Under the pieces are notes generated by a model that ran no database searches, was not told the origin of the DNA, and saw nothing but the letters and a program-made list of their open reading frames with translations. Below are positions 35,448 to 44,548 of a DNA stretch of 64,000 bases, in pieces. The position numbers and the translations under genes are program-made. This stretch comes from a virus. Lineage: Duplodnaviria; Caudoviricetes. The first letter of the stretch is position 1; every line of letters starts with the position of its first letter. The stretch is taken from positions 7,344 through 71,343 of IMG/VR virus record IMGVR_UViG_3300043173_000386; one strand, written 5' to 3'.

Positions 35448-35699
35448 ATGCCGGCCAAAAGTAAAGATCTTCTACTCGCCAACGCGCCGCCGGACCAAGA
35501 GAGCGTCAGAGGCGTAGATTCCATAGTTGCTCAGAGAACACCGCGGGCCAGAAACAAACCGACACCCCAAGGGGCTGCTGCTGGCGCCGTTGCGAGTGTT
35601 TCTGCGGGTCGTAAATTACGTCAAGCGCGCATCCAAAGATCTATCGCCGGCGCCGCCGACGACCAGATAAACGAGAAGCGCAGACGGAATCGACGCTGA
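35448..35699 (+). CDS. Small basic protein
   Basis: Arg-rich end KRRRNRR. Confidence 0.65.
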   Translation: MPAKSKDLLLANAPPDQESVRGVDSIVAQRTPRARNKPTPQGAAAGAVASVSAGRKLRQARIQRSIAGAADDQINEKRRRNRR

Positions 35700-35869
35700 T
35701 GCCGTGCGCTGGCTGCCAAAGGAGACGGAAAAAGATTGTGGCGGCCATTACCGCTGTCAAACAGGGCATCGCGCAAGTCGGTCACAGTTACCGGATGCAG
35801 ACCGCGCCGCTGCAAAAGAAAGATCCCAAGCGAGCGATACCGCCACAGACCATTGATATCCGACAATGA
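35699..35869 (+). CDS. 56-aa basic protein with CAGC motif (not in ORF track)
   Basis: MPCAGCQRRRKKIVAA...; TGATG and ATGA coupling. Confidence 0.6.
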   Translation: MPCAGCQRRRKKIVAAITAVKQGIAQVGHSYRMQTAPLQKKDPKRAIPPQTIDIRQ

Positions 35870-36279
35870 AAAACACTATTGCCAAAACCCGCGACTACGG
35901 TGAATTTGTCATTCGCCAGCAGTACGTGGACACCAAGGATTCCGAGCTCAGTTCGGATTACCAGCCTGCCCTGGTTATCTGCCGTGCGAAGCGCATACAG
36001 TCGCGTTGCGCGTGGATTATCATGCTGTCGAGCGCATTCAAGTACGTTGACGACCCGCAAAAGGGCGGTCACTCGTACTACATGCAAGCCGCCAGCCTGC
36101 AGATCTGCAAGATGCTAGGACTATCGGAAACGAGAGAGCAAGCGTTCAGAATAGCCGAGGCTATCTTGGGAAATCTCGAGGATTTGATCAACATGCCGCC
36201 GGTGGACTTCCAGCCGGATCCGATCGCGGATATTTCGGCCAATATTGACGGCACACATATCGAGGCGACGATTCACTGA
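35866..36279 (+). CDS. Conserved pre-portal hypothetical protein
   Basis: Coupled to the portal gene; LEDLINMPP pattern. Confidence 0.7.
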   Translation: MKNTIAKTRDYGEFVIRQQYVDTKDSELSSDYQPALVICRAKRIQSRCAWIIMLSSAFKYVDDPQKGGHSYYMQAASLQICKMLGLSETREQAFRIAEAILGNLEDLINMPPVDFQPDPIADISANIDGTHIEATIH

Positions 36280-38543
36280 TGGTAGCTTCTGTAGAAAATA
36301 TGCGGAACTTGAAGCGTGGCGTTCAACCGCTGGATGCCCGCTTTGAACAGTTTGACGACGAGCCCGAGGAATCCACAGTTCACCCGTTGGACACGCCCGA
36401 GAGCGTCACGCTGCTGAAAAAGCTGCAGGAATGGTGGAACGAAGCCCGCACAGCTCATTCTGAAAACCGGTTTCAACAGTCAATCGACGCCGATTTTTAC
36501 GATGGTCTGCAATGGGACGACCGGGACGCCGAGATCTTGCGAGAGCGCGGCCAGGCGCCGCTGGTGTTCAACAAAACCGCGCAGCACATAAACTGGCTGC
36601 TTGGCACCGAACGCCGCACCCGCGTCGATTTCAAGGTACTGCCGCGCAAAGACCACCACGAACAAGTAGCCAAGTCCAAAACCAAGCTGCTGAAATACGT
36701 CTCCGATGTGAATAAATCGCAGTTCTCGCGCTCACGCGCGTTTGCGGATTCGATGAAAGTGGGTGTTGGCTGGCTTGAGGACGGTATTCGCTCGGACCCA
36801 CGCGAGGAACCGTTATTCAGCCGCTACGAGCACTGGCGAAATATGTGGTGGGATGCGCTCGCCAAAGAGCCGCATCTGCAGGACGGTCGCTATATTTTCC
36901 GCGTCAAGTGGACAGATTCGGACGTTGCCGAGGCGATGTTCCCTGAGCGAAAGAACGTACTGCAGCGCACCGCCCGGCATTCAGATCTGAACTTTTTTGA
37001 GGACGACGACGAGTTTATCTTCACTTCGTTGTATCACGATCATCGTGGCAACAACCCGGTCTTTGCCCGAGGCCGGTCTTTCTTGGATACGAGTTTCAAC
37101 ATAGGTAATCGCCGCAGGCGAAATAAGTTAATTGAGTGCTGGTATCGAAAGCCGGTCAGCGGGCAATTTCTTCGCTCCAAACCCCACGCACTGATGCAGC
37201 CTGAGTTGCTTGATCGCCTCGATGCAGTCAACGGACTGCCGTTTGAGGCCGGCGATATCGACCAGAAATTCCTCATGGATCAAAACCTTGTATCGACATT
37301 TGATGCCGTGGATATGCAAGTGTGGGTTGCCATTTGGAGCGGCGATCACTTGCTGCAGAACGTCCAGAGTCCGTACAACCACAACCGTTTTCCGTTCACT
37401 CCGATTTGGGCTTTCCGACGCGACCGGGACGGAATGCCATACGGCCCGATTCGCAACATGCGGGACGCTCAGGAAGATCTGAACAAACGCAAATCCAAAG
37501 CCCTGTTTATCCTCTCCACCAACCAGCTCATCGGTGACGAGGACGCTTTCGAGGATTGGGACGAAGCGATTGACGAAGCCGCGCGCCCTGATGGCGTTCT
37601 CAAACACAAGCGCGGTGCGTCTTTCGAGATCAACCGAAACATCGACTTGGCCGAGGAACACGTTCAACTGATGCGCGACGATATCGCGTTCCTTGAGTCG
37701 GCATCCGGCGTTACCGAGGAAAACCTGGGCGAAGTGACCAACACCAACTCGGGTACGGCGATCAATCTCAGGCAGACACAGGGATCGGTGGTTACTGCCC
37801 TGCTGTTTGACAATCTGCGTGAGTCGATCCAGCTCCAAGGCGAGATCGACCTGTCGCTGGTGGAACAGTTCTACGCCGAGCCCAAGATGGTTCGTATCGT
37901 GGACGATAGCGGTCGCACCGATTTCTTAGAGGTCAACACGGCGCAACGCGACGATGATGGCAACCTGAGCGTGTTGAATGCAATCACCGAGTCACAGGCT
38001 GATTTCATCGTGGATACACAGGATTTCCGCGAAACCATACGCCTCGCCATGTTCGATCAGCTCATGGAAATGACGACCAGGCTGGATCCGGAAATCACCA
38101 TGCAGCTCCTTGACCTGATTATTGATATGTCCGATCTGCCAGAGAAGGATGAGATTGTTCGCCGCATCCGAAAGATCAACGGCATGACAGATCCGGACGA
38201 TCCGAACCGCGACCAGATTGAGGCCGACGCGGCGGCAGAGGATAAAGCCGACAAGGATCGTGTGCGTAGAGGCGAGGATGCCAAGACCGCCAAGGATGAG
38301 GCAATGAGTGATAAAGTCGCCGCCGAGGCGGCCGGCACTCGGGCCGAAACCATCCAGCAAGCTCTGGAAATCGTCGCCGCACTCAAGGGCGATTCAAATT
38401 TAGCAACGGCAGTCGATATTATGATGGCTTCCGTTGAGGAACCGGGGACTGGTTCAGCAGCGCAAGCCTTATTGGCTGGCCCGCCGAGTCAGACCTTGGA
38501 AATTGAAACCCCGTTTGATGTTGAAACGGATACTCAGCAATAG
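36279..38543 (+). CDS. Portal protein (P22-like/podoviral)
   Basis: DADFYDGLQW, ERGQAPLVFN, PYGPIRNMRDAQEDLNKRKSK, SGTAINLRQTQG; position after terL. Confidence 0.9.
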   Translation: MVASVENMRNLKRGVQPLDARFEQFDDEPEESTVHPLDTPESVTLLKKLQEWWNEARTAHSENRFQQSIDADFYDGLQWDDRDAEILRERGQAPLVFNKTAQHINWLLGTERRTRVDFKVLPRKDHHEQVAKSKTKLLKYVSDVNKSQFSRSRAFADSMKVGVGWLEDGIRSDPREEPLFSRYEHWRNMWWDALAKEPHLQDGRYIFRVKWTDSDVAEAMFPERKNVLQRTARHSDLNFFEDDDEFIFTSLYHDHRGNNPVFARGRSFLDTSFNIGNRRRRNKLIECWYRKPVSGQFLRSKPHALMQPELLDRLDAVNGLPFEAGDIDQKFLMDQNLVSTFDAVDMQVWVAIWSGDHLLQNVQSPYNHNRFPFTPIWAFRRDRDGMPYGPIRNMRDAQEDLNKRKSKALFILSTNQLIGDEDAFEDWDEAIDEAARPDGVLKHKRGASFEINRNIDLAEEHVQLMRDDIAFLESASGVTEENLGEVTNTNSGTAINLRQTQGSVVTALLFDNLRESIQLQGEIDLSLVEQFYAEPKMVRIVDDSGRTDFLEVNTAQRDDDGNLSVLNAITESQADFIVDTQDFRETIRLAMFDQLMEMTTRLDPEITMQLLDLIIDMSDLPEKDEIVRRIRKINGMTDPDDPNRDQIEADAAAEDKADKDRVRRGEDAKTAKDEAMSDKVAAEAAGTRAETIQQALEIVAALKGDSNLATAVDIMMASVEEPGTGSAAQALLAGPPSQTLEIETPFDVETDTQQ

Positions 38544-38564
38544 CTTCGCATGAGTGAAGGAGTA
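38531..38564 (+). promoter_or_regulatory. CGC-AUGA-GUG hairpin (copy 2) sequestering the scaffold RBS
   Basis: UACUC...CUUCGC AUGA GUGAAG GAGUA; the AAGGAG SD lies in the 3' strand. Confidence 0.65.
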
Positions 38565-38569
38565 GGAAA

Positions 38570-39508
38570 ATGAGCAAAGACGCCGCTGCGGTAGCAGCAA
38601 CCGATACGCCGACCGACGATGAGCAGGCAGCAGCAAAACCCGGCCTGTCTGACGAGGAAAAGGCCGCTTTAGCCGCCGAAGATGATCAAGCCGGTGGCGG
38701 CACAAAAGACGATAAGGCTGCAGACGCGGCAAATCCTCCCCTGGATGCGGCTGACGCCGATTCAACTGCTGATGCCGCTGCCGGCGCTTCTGACGACAAA
38801 CCAGACGCACCGCCCGAAATACCGCGTGGTGCCGCGGCCAACGTAAATCTGCAACCGTCGCGAGCTGTCGATTTGAACCTTGTCAATGAGCGATTGGGAA
38901 CCCTTACCGACCTACAGGCCGATTTGGACAAGAAGTACGACGATGAGGATTTGACCGCTAAGGACTATCTGGCCCAATCTCGCGATATCACACAGGAAAC
39001 CGCCGATCTCAACGCAGACATACGTGAGGCGCATTTCGTTTCCAGTGCCAACGCAACGCTCGCAGTGACCGATTGGCAGCGGTCGGTCAACGATTTTGTT
39101 GACAGCAACGCCGAGTTCAGCAGCAGCATCATGCAGGGCGCACTGAACGCTGCACTGAATGAGCTGTACACAGAGGAAGCTAATTTCGGCTCGTCGCACA
39201 ACTGGTATTTGCAAACGGCGAAACGTGCCGTGCTTGAACAAATTTCGCCGGCCGACGCGGCTGCCGCTAATCCATCGGACGCGGATCCCAATGCCAAAGC
39301 AGTCGCCGCAGCCAAGGGCGCTGCTGATAAAGCCGCCGACGCCAAGGGCAAGTTGCCGAAAACACTGAGCGACGTACCCGCGGCTGACGACGCCGGCACC
39401 GGCAAGGATAAGTTTGCCGATATCGACAATCTTGAGGGCGTCGAGCTGGAAGCCGCCTTGGCAAATATGACCACCGAGCAAGAACAAGAGTATTTGCGGG
39501 CCGAATGA
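38570..39508 (+). CDS. Putative capsid scaffolding protein
   Basis: Acidic Ala/Asp-rich, coiled, between portal and capsid; C-terminal LEAALANMT.EQ..YL. Confidence 0.75.
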   Translation: MSKDAAAVAATDTPTDDEQAAAKPGLSDEEKAALAAEDDQAGGGTKDDKAADAANPPLDAADADSTADAAAGASDDKPDAPPEIPRGAAANVNLQPSRAVDLNLVNERLGTLTDLQADLDKKYDDEDLTAKDYLAQSRDITQETADLNADIREAHFVSSANATLAVTDWQRSVNDFVDSNAEFSSSIMQGALNAALNELYTEEANFGSSHNWYLQTAKRAVLEQISPADAAAANPSDADPNAKAVAAAKGAADKAADAKGKLPKTLSDVPAADDAGTGKDKFADIDNLEGVELEAALANMTTEQEQEYLRAE

Positions 39509-39726
39509 TGGCTCGCGTTTTTTTAACCGTAAAAACCGGGAAAACGCTCTACATTGACGTAGCCAAGCTATTTCCCGAACTCGTTCTGAATGGTGCGGGG
39601 CAAGTGTCTCTCACCCTAAGAGCAAAGAAAGGAAGATCGGCCCGCTTTGAAGTTGTTGCAGATGAGAGGGTGTTCATAGACTTGCACCCCCAAAGTAGTG
39701 TAAAACTCGCAGCGGATACTCAGTAA
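39505..39726 (+). CDS. Divergent CsrA-fold protein
   Basis: LTVKTGKTLYI...VSLTL..K.GRSARFEVVADERVFI follows the CsrA beta-strand pattern but lacks the HREE (R44) motif. Confidence 0.55.
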   Translation: MMARVFLTVKTGKTLYIDVAKLFPELVLNGAGQVSLTLRAKKGRSARFEVVADERVFIDLHPQSSVKLAADTQ

Positions 39727-39733
39727 AAAAGTA

Positions 39734-39761
39734 GGTTCCGGGTCGCATGAGTGACTGAACT
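39734..39761 (+). promoter_or_regulatory. CGC-AUGA-GUG hairpin (copy 3) in the major capsid leader
   Basis: GGUUC-cg-GGUCGC AUGA GUGACU-GAACU. Confidence 0.65.
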
Positions 39762-39787
39762 CTCCCCACCACCGGAGGTAGTTACTC

Positions 39788-40915
39788 ATGGCGCGCACAA
39801 TCATTGGGTTAAATGATCCCAAGGCCGTAAAAAGATTCAGTGCGTTTCTGGCAGTCGATACCGCTCGAATCAGTTATTTCAATCGCAAGTTCATGGGGGT
39901 CGGTCCCGAGAGCGGGATGCCGATTCAAATGCTACCCGAGCTGGAAAACGACGCGGGCGAGCAAATCACTTTTGATCTGATCATGCAGCTCAGGCAGCAA
40001 CCGATTGAAGGCGACGACGTTCAGGAAGGCACCGAAGAAGATCTCAAGTTCTACACTGATCAGGTTTTTATAGATCAGATGCGCGGCGGCGTAAATGTCG
40101 GCGGTCGCATGACGCGGAAACGTACCATTCACGACTTGCGACGGATCTCTCGTCGCAGACAGTCCGAATGGTGGGGCCGGGTATTCGATGAGTTGTTTTT
40201 CATCTACCTTTCCGGCGAACGCGGCGAGAACACCGAGTTCATCTTCCCCACGACCTACGCCGGGTTCGCAAACAACCCGTTGCAGACTCCCGACGCCGAT
40301 CACAGGCTGTACGGTGGTGACGCCACTTCCAAGGCAACGGTTGACGCTGCCGACATAATGGACACCGATGTTATCGACCGCAGCAAGACGCGGGCGGTGA
40401 TGATGGGTGGCGGTACGCAGGGAACACCGCAGATTCAGCCCATTATGATCGACGGTGAGGAACACTACGTTCTTCTGATGAGCCCCTGGCAGGAGTTCGA
40501 TCTCCGCACCGCGGCCGGCGCGTCCAACTGGCTTGAAATCCAGAAAGCCGCTGCCACCGCCGAAGGCCGTAAGTCCCCGATTTTTAAGGGCGGCCTTGGG
40601 ATGCACAATAATGTCGTACTTCAGAGTCACAAAGGAGTGCTTCGTTTCACAGACTACGGTGCAGGAACCGATGTAGCTGCCGCCAGAGCCTTGTTCATGG
40701 GCGCACAAGCTGGCGTAGTCGCGTTTGGCTCACCCGGCACCGGGCTCCGTTTCGACTGGCACGAAGAAAGCCGCGATAACGGCAACCAGGTGGTAATCTC
40801 CACTTCCTCAATCTACGGATTGAAGAAAACGAGGTTTACCATCGAAGGCACAGCGAAGGACTTTGGCATCTTGGCGGTTGATACCGCGGCTGCTGATCCG
40901 GCGCCTGTCACTTAA
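39788..40915 (+). CDS. Major capsid protein (N4-gp56/DUF4043-like)
   Basis: ELENDAGEQITFDL...EGDD..EG.EE.L..Y.D...IDQ.RGGV..GGRMTRKRT; NPIFKGGLG-like and AARALFMGAQA motifs. Confidence 0.9.
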   Translation: MARTIIGLNDPKAVKRFSAFLAVDTARISYFNRKFMGVGPESGMPIQMLPELENDAGEQITFDLIMQLRQQPIEGDDVQEGTEEDLKFYTDQVFIDQMRGGVNVGGRMTRKRTIHDLRRISRRRQSEWWGRVFDELFFIYLSGERGENTEFIFPTTYAGFANNPLQTPDADHRLYGGDATSKATVDAADIMDTDVIDRSKTRAVMMGGGTQGTPQIQPIMIDGEEHYVLLMSPWQEFDLRTAAGASNWLEIQKAAATAEGRKSPIFKGGLGMHNNVVLQSHKGVLRFTDYGAGTDVAAARALFMGAQAGVVAFGSPGTGLRFDWHEESRDNGNQVVISTSSIYGLKKTRFTIEGTAKDFGILAVDTAAADPAPVT

Positions 40916-40927
40916 TCGGAGGACGAA

Positions 40928-41410
40928 ATGGCTACCAAATCAAGTGTCTTAGGTTCCAATTCCGGCCCTGCGGTTCAAACGTCTCAGGCTGGACAGGTAT
41001 CTGTCGTTCGCGGCAGCTACGATCTACTCGCAACGGATTCGGAAGATTCCACGCTTCAACTGCGAGTTGTCAAACTGCCGGCACAGCACAGGATCATTGA
41101 TCTTGTGCTGGACAATGACGATCTCGACGGTGTTACGGCTGGCGCCATTGATATCGGCCTTGAGGATTCGATTCAGGATCCGGCCGATACCACCGATCTG
41201 CTGTTGTTCGCTACGGCGGTTGATGTGCAGACAGCAGCAAACCGGCAGAATGTAATGTCGTTTGCTGCGGCTCGGCTTGCCGTTCAGAACTACGACAGGT
41301 TCGTTGTCGTGACAATAGAGACAGTATCAACCACCGGTCTTGTCGGTCGGCTTGGTCTGACTCTGACCAGTGTTCCTGAGCTCGGCCCGCAGTTCGACGG
41401 TAACGCTTAA
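40928..41410 (+). CDS. Capsid decoration/cement protein (putative)
   Basis: Follows MCP; beta-rich, VVKLPAQHRIID...DDLD..IDIG pattern. Confidence 0.65.
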   Translation: MATKSSVLGSNSGPAVQTSQAGQVSVVRGSYDLLATDSEDSTLQLRVVKLPAQHRIIDLVLDNDDLDGVTAGAIDIGLEDSIQDPADTTDLLLFATAVDVQTAANRQNVMSFAAARLAVQNYDRFVVVTIETVSTTGLVGRLGLTLTSVPELGPQFDGNA

Positions 41411-41422
41411 AATCCATGAGTG

Positions 41423-41447
41423 GCCCGCCCTTCGGGGCGGGCTCTTA
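41423..41447 (+). terminator. Intrinsic terminator-like hairpin after the capsid genes
   Basis: GCCCGCCC-TTCG-GGGCGGGC then TCTTA. Confidence 0.7.
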
Positions 41448-41469
41448 CAGGCCTGGGGAGGACGACGAA

Positions 41470-42045
41470 ATGCTGATTGAGTGCAGACAGCGCCGCGATG
41501 CGCGGCCAAGTAAACGTGTCGGTCGCAAAGACCTTGATCTTGGCACGAAATCCAAAGTACACGGCAAACGCTACTGGTTCAGACCGCAACCCGATCTGAT
41601 CAGCAATGGCGGTGATCCACTCGCGCATGTGTGCGAGGTTGAAGATCCGAAAGCCATTGAACGCTATTTGTCGATTGCCGAGGCATACAACGAATTTGGC
41701 AAGCCGCCGCGGGTAGCGCCAGAAGGCCGGGAGTTTGCCAGTGGCGGTCAGCCTGAAATCGAAACCTTGTTGCTCGATGCGGACGATGCTCTCGGCAAGC
41801 GCGATTCCAAACCTTTTACCTCGGATCCGCTTGAACGTGCGCGTGAGCTGCAGGGCGAGTGGGTTCAGGATATGCTCGACAAGTCCGTGCATGATATCGT
41901 TAAAACCGTGCCGGGCCTGCAGGACAGTGAGGTTGCTTTACTGCTTAACGGCGAGAATAAAGGCCAGCAACGATCTGAGCTATTACAAGCCTTAGATCCT
42001 GCTTTTGTTGCACCAGGGGAGACAACAGACATTCAGATGGAGTAG
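41470..42045 (+). CDS. Hypothetical head-associated protein
   Basis: ATG 41470 after GGGGAGGA; Y.F.P...HVCEV.D..AIERYLSI.EAY pattern. Confidence 0.7.
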   Translation: MLIECRQRRDARPSKRVGRKDLDLGTKSKVHGKRYWFRPQPDLISNGGDPLAHVCEVEDPKAIERYLSIAEAYNEFGKPPRVAPEGREFASGGQPEIETLLLDADDALGKRDSKPFTSDPLERARELQGEWVQDMLDKSVHDIVKTVPGLQDSEVALLLNGENKGQQRSELLQALDPAFVAPGETTDIQME

Positions 42046-42048
42046 TTG

Positions 42049-42825
42049 ATGGCGGTTACTGGCGAGAACAAACCACCCCTGTCGCTTTTACAACTCGCCA
42101 CGATTTTCCGTGAGAATGTGGATGATCTGCCCGGCGATATCGTTGATACCTCGACGCCGTGGCACAATGACGATACCGGTCTGCTGTGGTCGAACAGCGA
42201 GATTTGTCGATATGCTGACGAAGCTCAACAAGAAGTAGCTCGCCGCATCGGCGGGATTCTCGACCAGCACACCAGCATTGCCATCAATCACATTACCGTC
42301 ACGGCCGGCACTCAAAGCTACGGCTATGACAAGCGAATCCTCAAAATCGAGCGCATCAAATACGTCAAGGACGCATCCAAAGACGAGTTTGTGCTTGACC
42401 GAAAAACGCCGTTTTGGATGGACGCTAATCACCGGGAATGGGAGCTGGAAGGCAACGCTACCGGTGAGGGCGTAGTTCAGCATTACGTCGAGTACACCGA
42501 GGAACGCGAAATCAAATTGTGGCGTGTTCCGGATGCCGCCGGCGTCCTTCATCTAACGACTTATCGCCTACCCCTATCTCGATTGTCGTGGACTCTGCGA
42601 CATAGATTGCTTGAGATACCGGAAGAAAATCAGCTCGATATGGTGGACTGGATGATGTTTCGCGCCTATTTGAAACGCGATGCCGAGACTGAGAACCCCG
42701 ACCTTGCAGCAGTCCACAAAGGTCTATTTGATGAACGCCTGGGTGAGCGGCCTTCCGCTGCCCTTGAAACAGTACGTCGCCGCGAGCACAAGATGGGCCG
42801 GCGCGTCACCGCGCATTTTTTCTAG
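42049..42825 (+). CDS. Putative head-tail adaptor protein
   Basis: LWSNSEICRYADEAQQEV, YRLPL, DWMMFRAYLKRDAET pattern at the usual adaptor position. Confidence 0.7.
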   Translation: MAVTGENKPPLSLLQLATIFRENVDDLPGDIVDTSTPWHNDDTGLLWSNSEICRYADEAQQEVARRIGGILDQHTSIAINHITVTAGTQSYGYDKRILKIERIKYVKDASKDEFVLDRKTPFWMDANHREWELEGNATGEGVVQHYVEYTEEREIKLWRVPDAAGVLHLTTYRLPLSRLSWTLRHRLLEIPEENQLDMVDWMMFRAYLKRDAETENPDLAAVHKGLFDERLGERPSAALETVRRREHKMGRRVTAHFF

Positions 42826-42834
42826 GAGCAAACG

Positions 42835-43125
42835 ATGGCTAACAAACTGAGAGCAACCGTAAACGTCACGCTGGCGAAAACAGTCACCGCCGATCTGGCC
42901 TTGAACGCGACGATCGTTACTGTGACCACCAACGTCGCCGTACCGGGCGCGAAAGCGGGACAGTTCTATCTGGTGGCGATGGCGAACGCCGATCTGACTG
43001 CCAACCTGTTGATGCAGCCTGTGATTTACTGTGAGGCTGACGGTATTCTGATCGTTCGGACAGTGAATCCGACTGCCGGCTCGCTCAATCCGACCGCCGC
43101 GGATATGCACGTTATCGGGCTCTGA
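42835..43125 (+). CDS. Small beta-rich virion protein
   Basis: AGGAG RBS; VAVPGAKAG...NPTAGSLNP. Confidence 0.7.
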   Translation: MANKLRATVNVTLAKTVTADLALNATIVTVTTNVAVPGAKAGQFYLVAMANADLTANLLMQPVIYCEADGILIVRTVNPTAGSLNPTAADMHVIGL

Positions 43126-43135
43126 GATCGTCGGC

Positions 43136-43510
43136 ATGACCAGCAAGGTCACTATTACCGCCGTACTCATCACCATCGGCGCGGTCGCGGGTGCGGCTAC
43201 CGCAACCACAAAGTTTTGGGGCGACTACGGCTGGATCACCCAATCTGACTACCGCGAGGATCATCTGGTGGTCGCCAGTGCGGAGCAAATTCAGGACATT
43301 GCGGATTTGCTAGGCGATCTCAAAGAAGATCAGGACACCAATCACCGGCAATGGGAATGCGACGAGCTGGACGAGGAAATTCCAGAATTGGAACTGTTAC
43401 TCCTTGAGGCACAGACCAACGCCGAGAAGGTTGCGCTTAATCGCACATTGGAGAAAAAACGAGAGCAGTGGGATAAACTCGATTGTTCCGAATTTACCGA
43501 TCTGGATTAG
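43136..43510 (+). CDS. Membrane-anchored coiled-coil protein
   Basis: N-terminal hydrophobic segment; acidic coiled coil bracketed by two Cys. Confidence 0.65.
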   Translation: MTSKVTITAVLITIGAVAGAATATTKFWGDYGWITQSDYREDHLVVASAEQIQDIADLLGDLKEDQDTNHRQWECDELDEEIPELELLLLEAQTNAEKVALNRTLEKKREQWDKLDCSEFTDLD

Positions 43511-43513
43511 CGC

Positions 43514-44548
43514 GTGACGATCCTGTTCACAGAGGGATTTGAGAACTACAACGCCGTTGAAGATATGGCCGGCATGTGGGCTGAAACTGGCGTCAACGCT
43601 TTCCAGCAGCCGGGCAGAGATCCATCCGGATCCTCTATTGCACTATCGACTACAACAAATTCGATAGATCGAGCAATCGTCAATTCCGTCAGTGGTGTTA
43701 TCGGTTTCGCTTTCAAATTCACTTCTACACCAGTCGCAGAGGATTATTTTCTGGATTTGAGGGAAGCCAGCATCGGCCGGCACATGAGCATGTGGCTGAC
43801 TACATCGCATCAATTACAGGTCAGACTCGGCCTGACAGCGCCCAATATCTTGCAAACTTCATCAAGAACTCTCGCCGCGAATGTTTGGCATTACTTAGAG
43901 GTCAAATGGCTGATTGACGACACCACTGGAAGCGTAGAGGTCTTTGTCAATAACAAGAAAGGTGGCTGGATCGACTTTAGCGGTGATACTCAGCAGGGCG
44001 GCAATGCGTATCTTGATTCTCTGATGCTCAGATCCGGCAACAATTTAAGCGGCCAGCCGTTCAATTTTGATGATGTTTACATACTGGATTTACTCGGCGG
44101 TGCGCCGGGCAACGACAGGCTTGGTGATTCGATTGTCGAAACACTCAATCCGAGCGGCGTCGGCGCCGAGGCTCAATGGTTGCCCTCTGCCGGCAGTAAT
44201 TTCCAGAATGTTGACGAGGCAACACCGGATGGCGACACTACTTTCAATTCCTCGGCGGTGGTTGACGACGATGATCGGTTCGCAATGGACAACCTGGTTA
44301 ATGTACCGTCCACTGTGTTCGCGGTTCAGGTGCAGGGCGCGTTCAGGCTCGAAAATTCGGGCAACCGCGATGTGCGTCTGAAAGTTACCGATGGCGTTAC
44401 CGAGGGTCAGAGTGACGACAAACAACCATCTTTCGATCCAGCCTACGTGATGCAGTCTTTCATGTTTGAGGATCACCCAACCGGCGCTGCGCCGTGGTCA
44501 ACCGCCGAGGTTAATGCGATGGAAGCCGGCTACAGGATTCAGGCATGA
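43514..44548 (+). CDS. Lectin (LamG/ConA)-like tail appendage protein, paralog 1
   Basis: EGFENY start, WHYLEVK, D.Y..D...LGD..VETL.P, DP...W...VNA.EAGY. Confidence 0.75.
   Translation: MTILFTEGFENYNAVEDMAGMWAETGVNAFQQPGRDPSGSSIALSTTTNSIDRAIVNSVSGVIGFAFKFTSTPVAEDYFLDLREASIGRHMSMWLTTSHQLQVRLGLTAPNILQTSSRTLAANVWHYLEVKWLIDDTTGSVEVFVNNKKGGWIDFSGDTQQGGNAYLDSLMLRSGNNLSGQPFNFDDVYILDLLGGAPGNDRLGDSIVETLNPSGVGAEAQWLPSAGSNFQNVDEATPDGDTTFNSSAVVDDDDRFAMDNLVNVPSTVFAVQVQGAFRLENSGNRDVRLKVTDGVTEGQSDDKQPSFDPAYVMQSFMFEDHPTGAAPWSTAEVNAMEAGYRIQA

Noticed and set aside
39932-40708. Long antisense ORFs (also 6657-7367, 3681-4352, 12897-13625, 37128-37838, 56201-56824)
   Set aside because: They lie opposite well-supported genes, as expected in GC-rich coding DNA, and show no motifs or RBS.
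41416-41469. ATG 41416 as gene start or as a fifth AUGA hairpin
   Set aside because: CCATGAGTGG lacks the CGC/GUG stem and runs into the terminator hairpin; the RBS supports ATG 41470.
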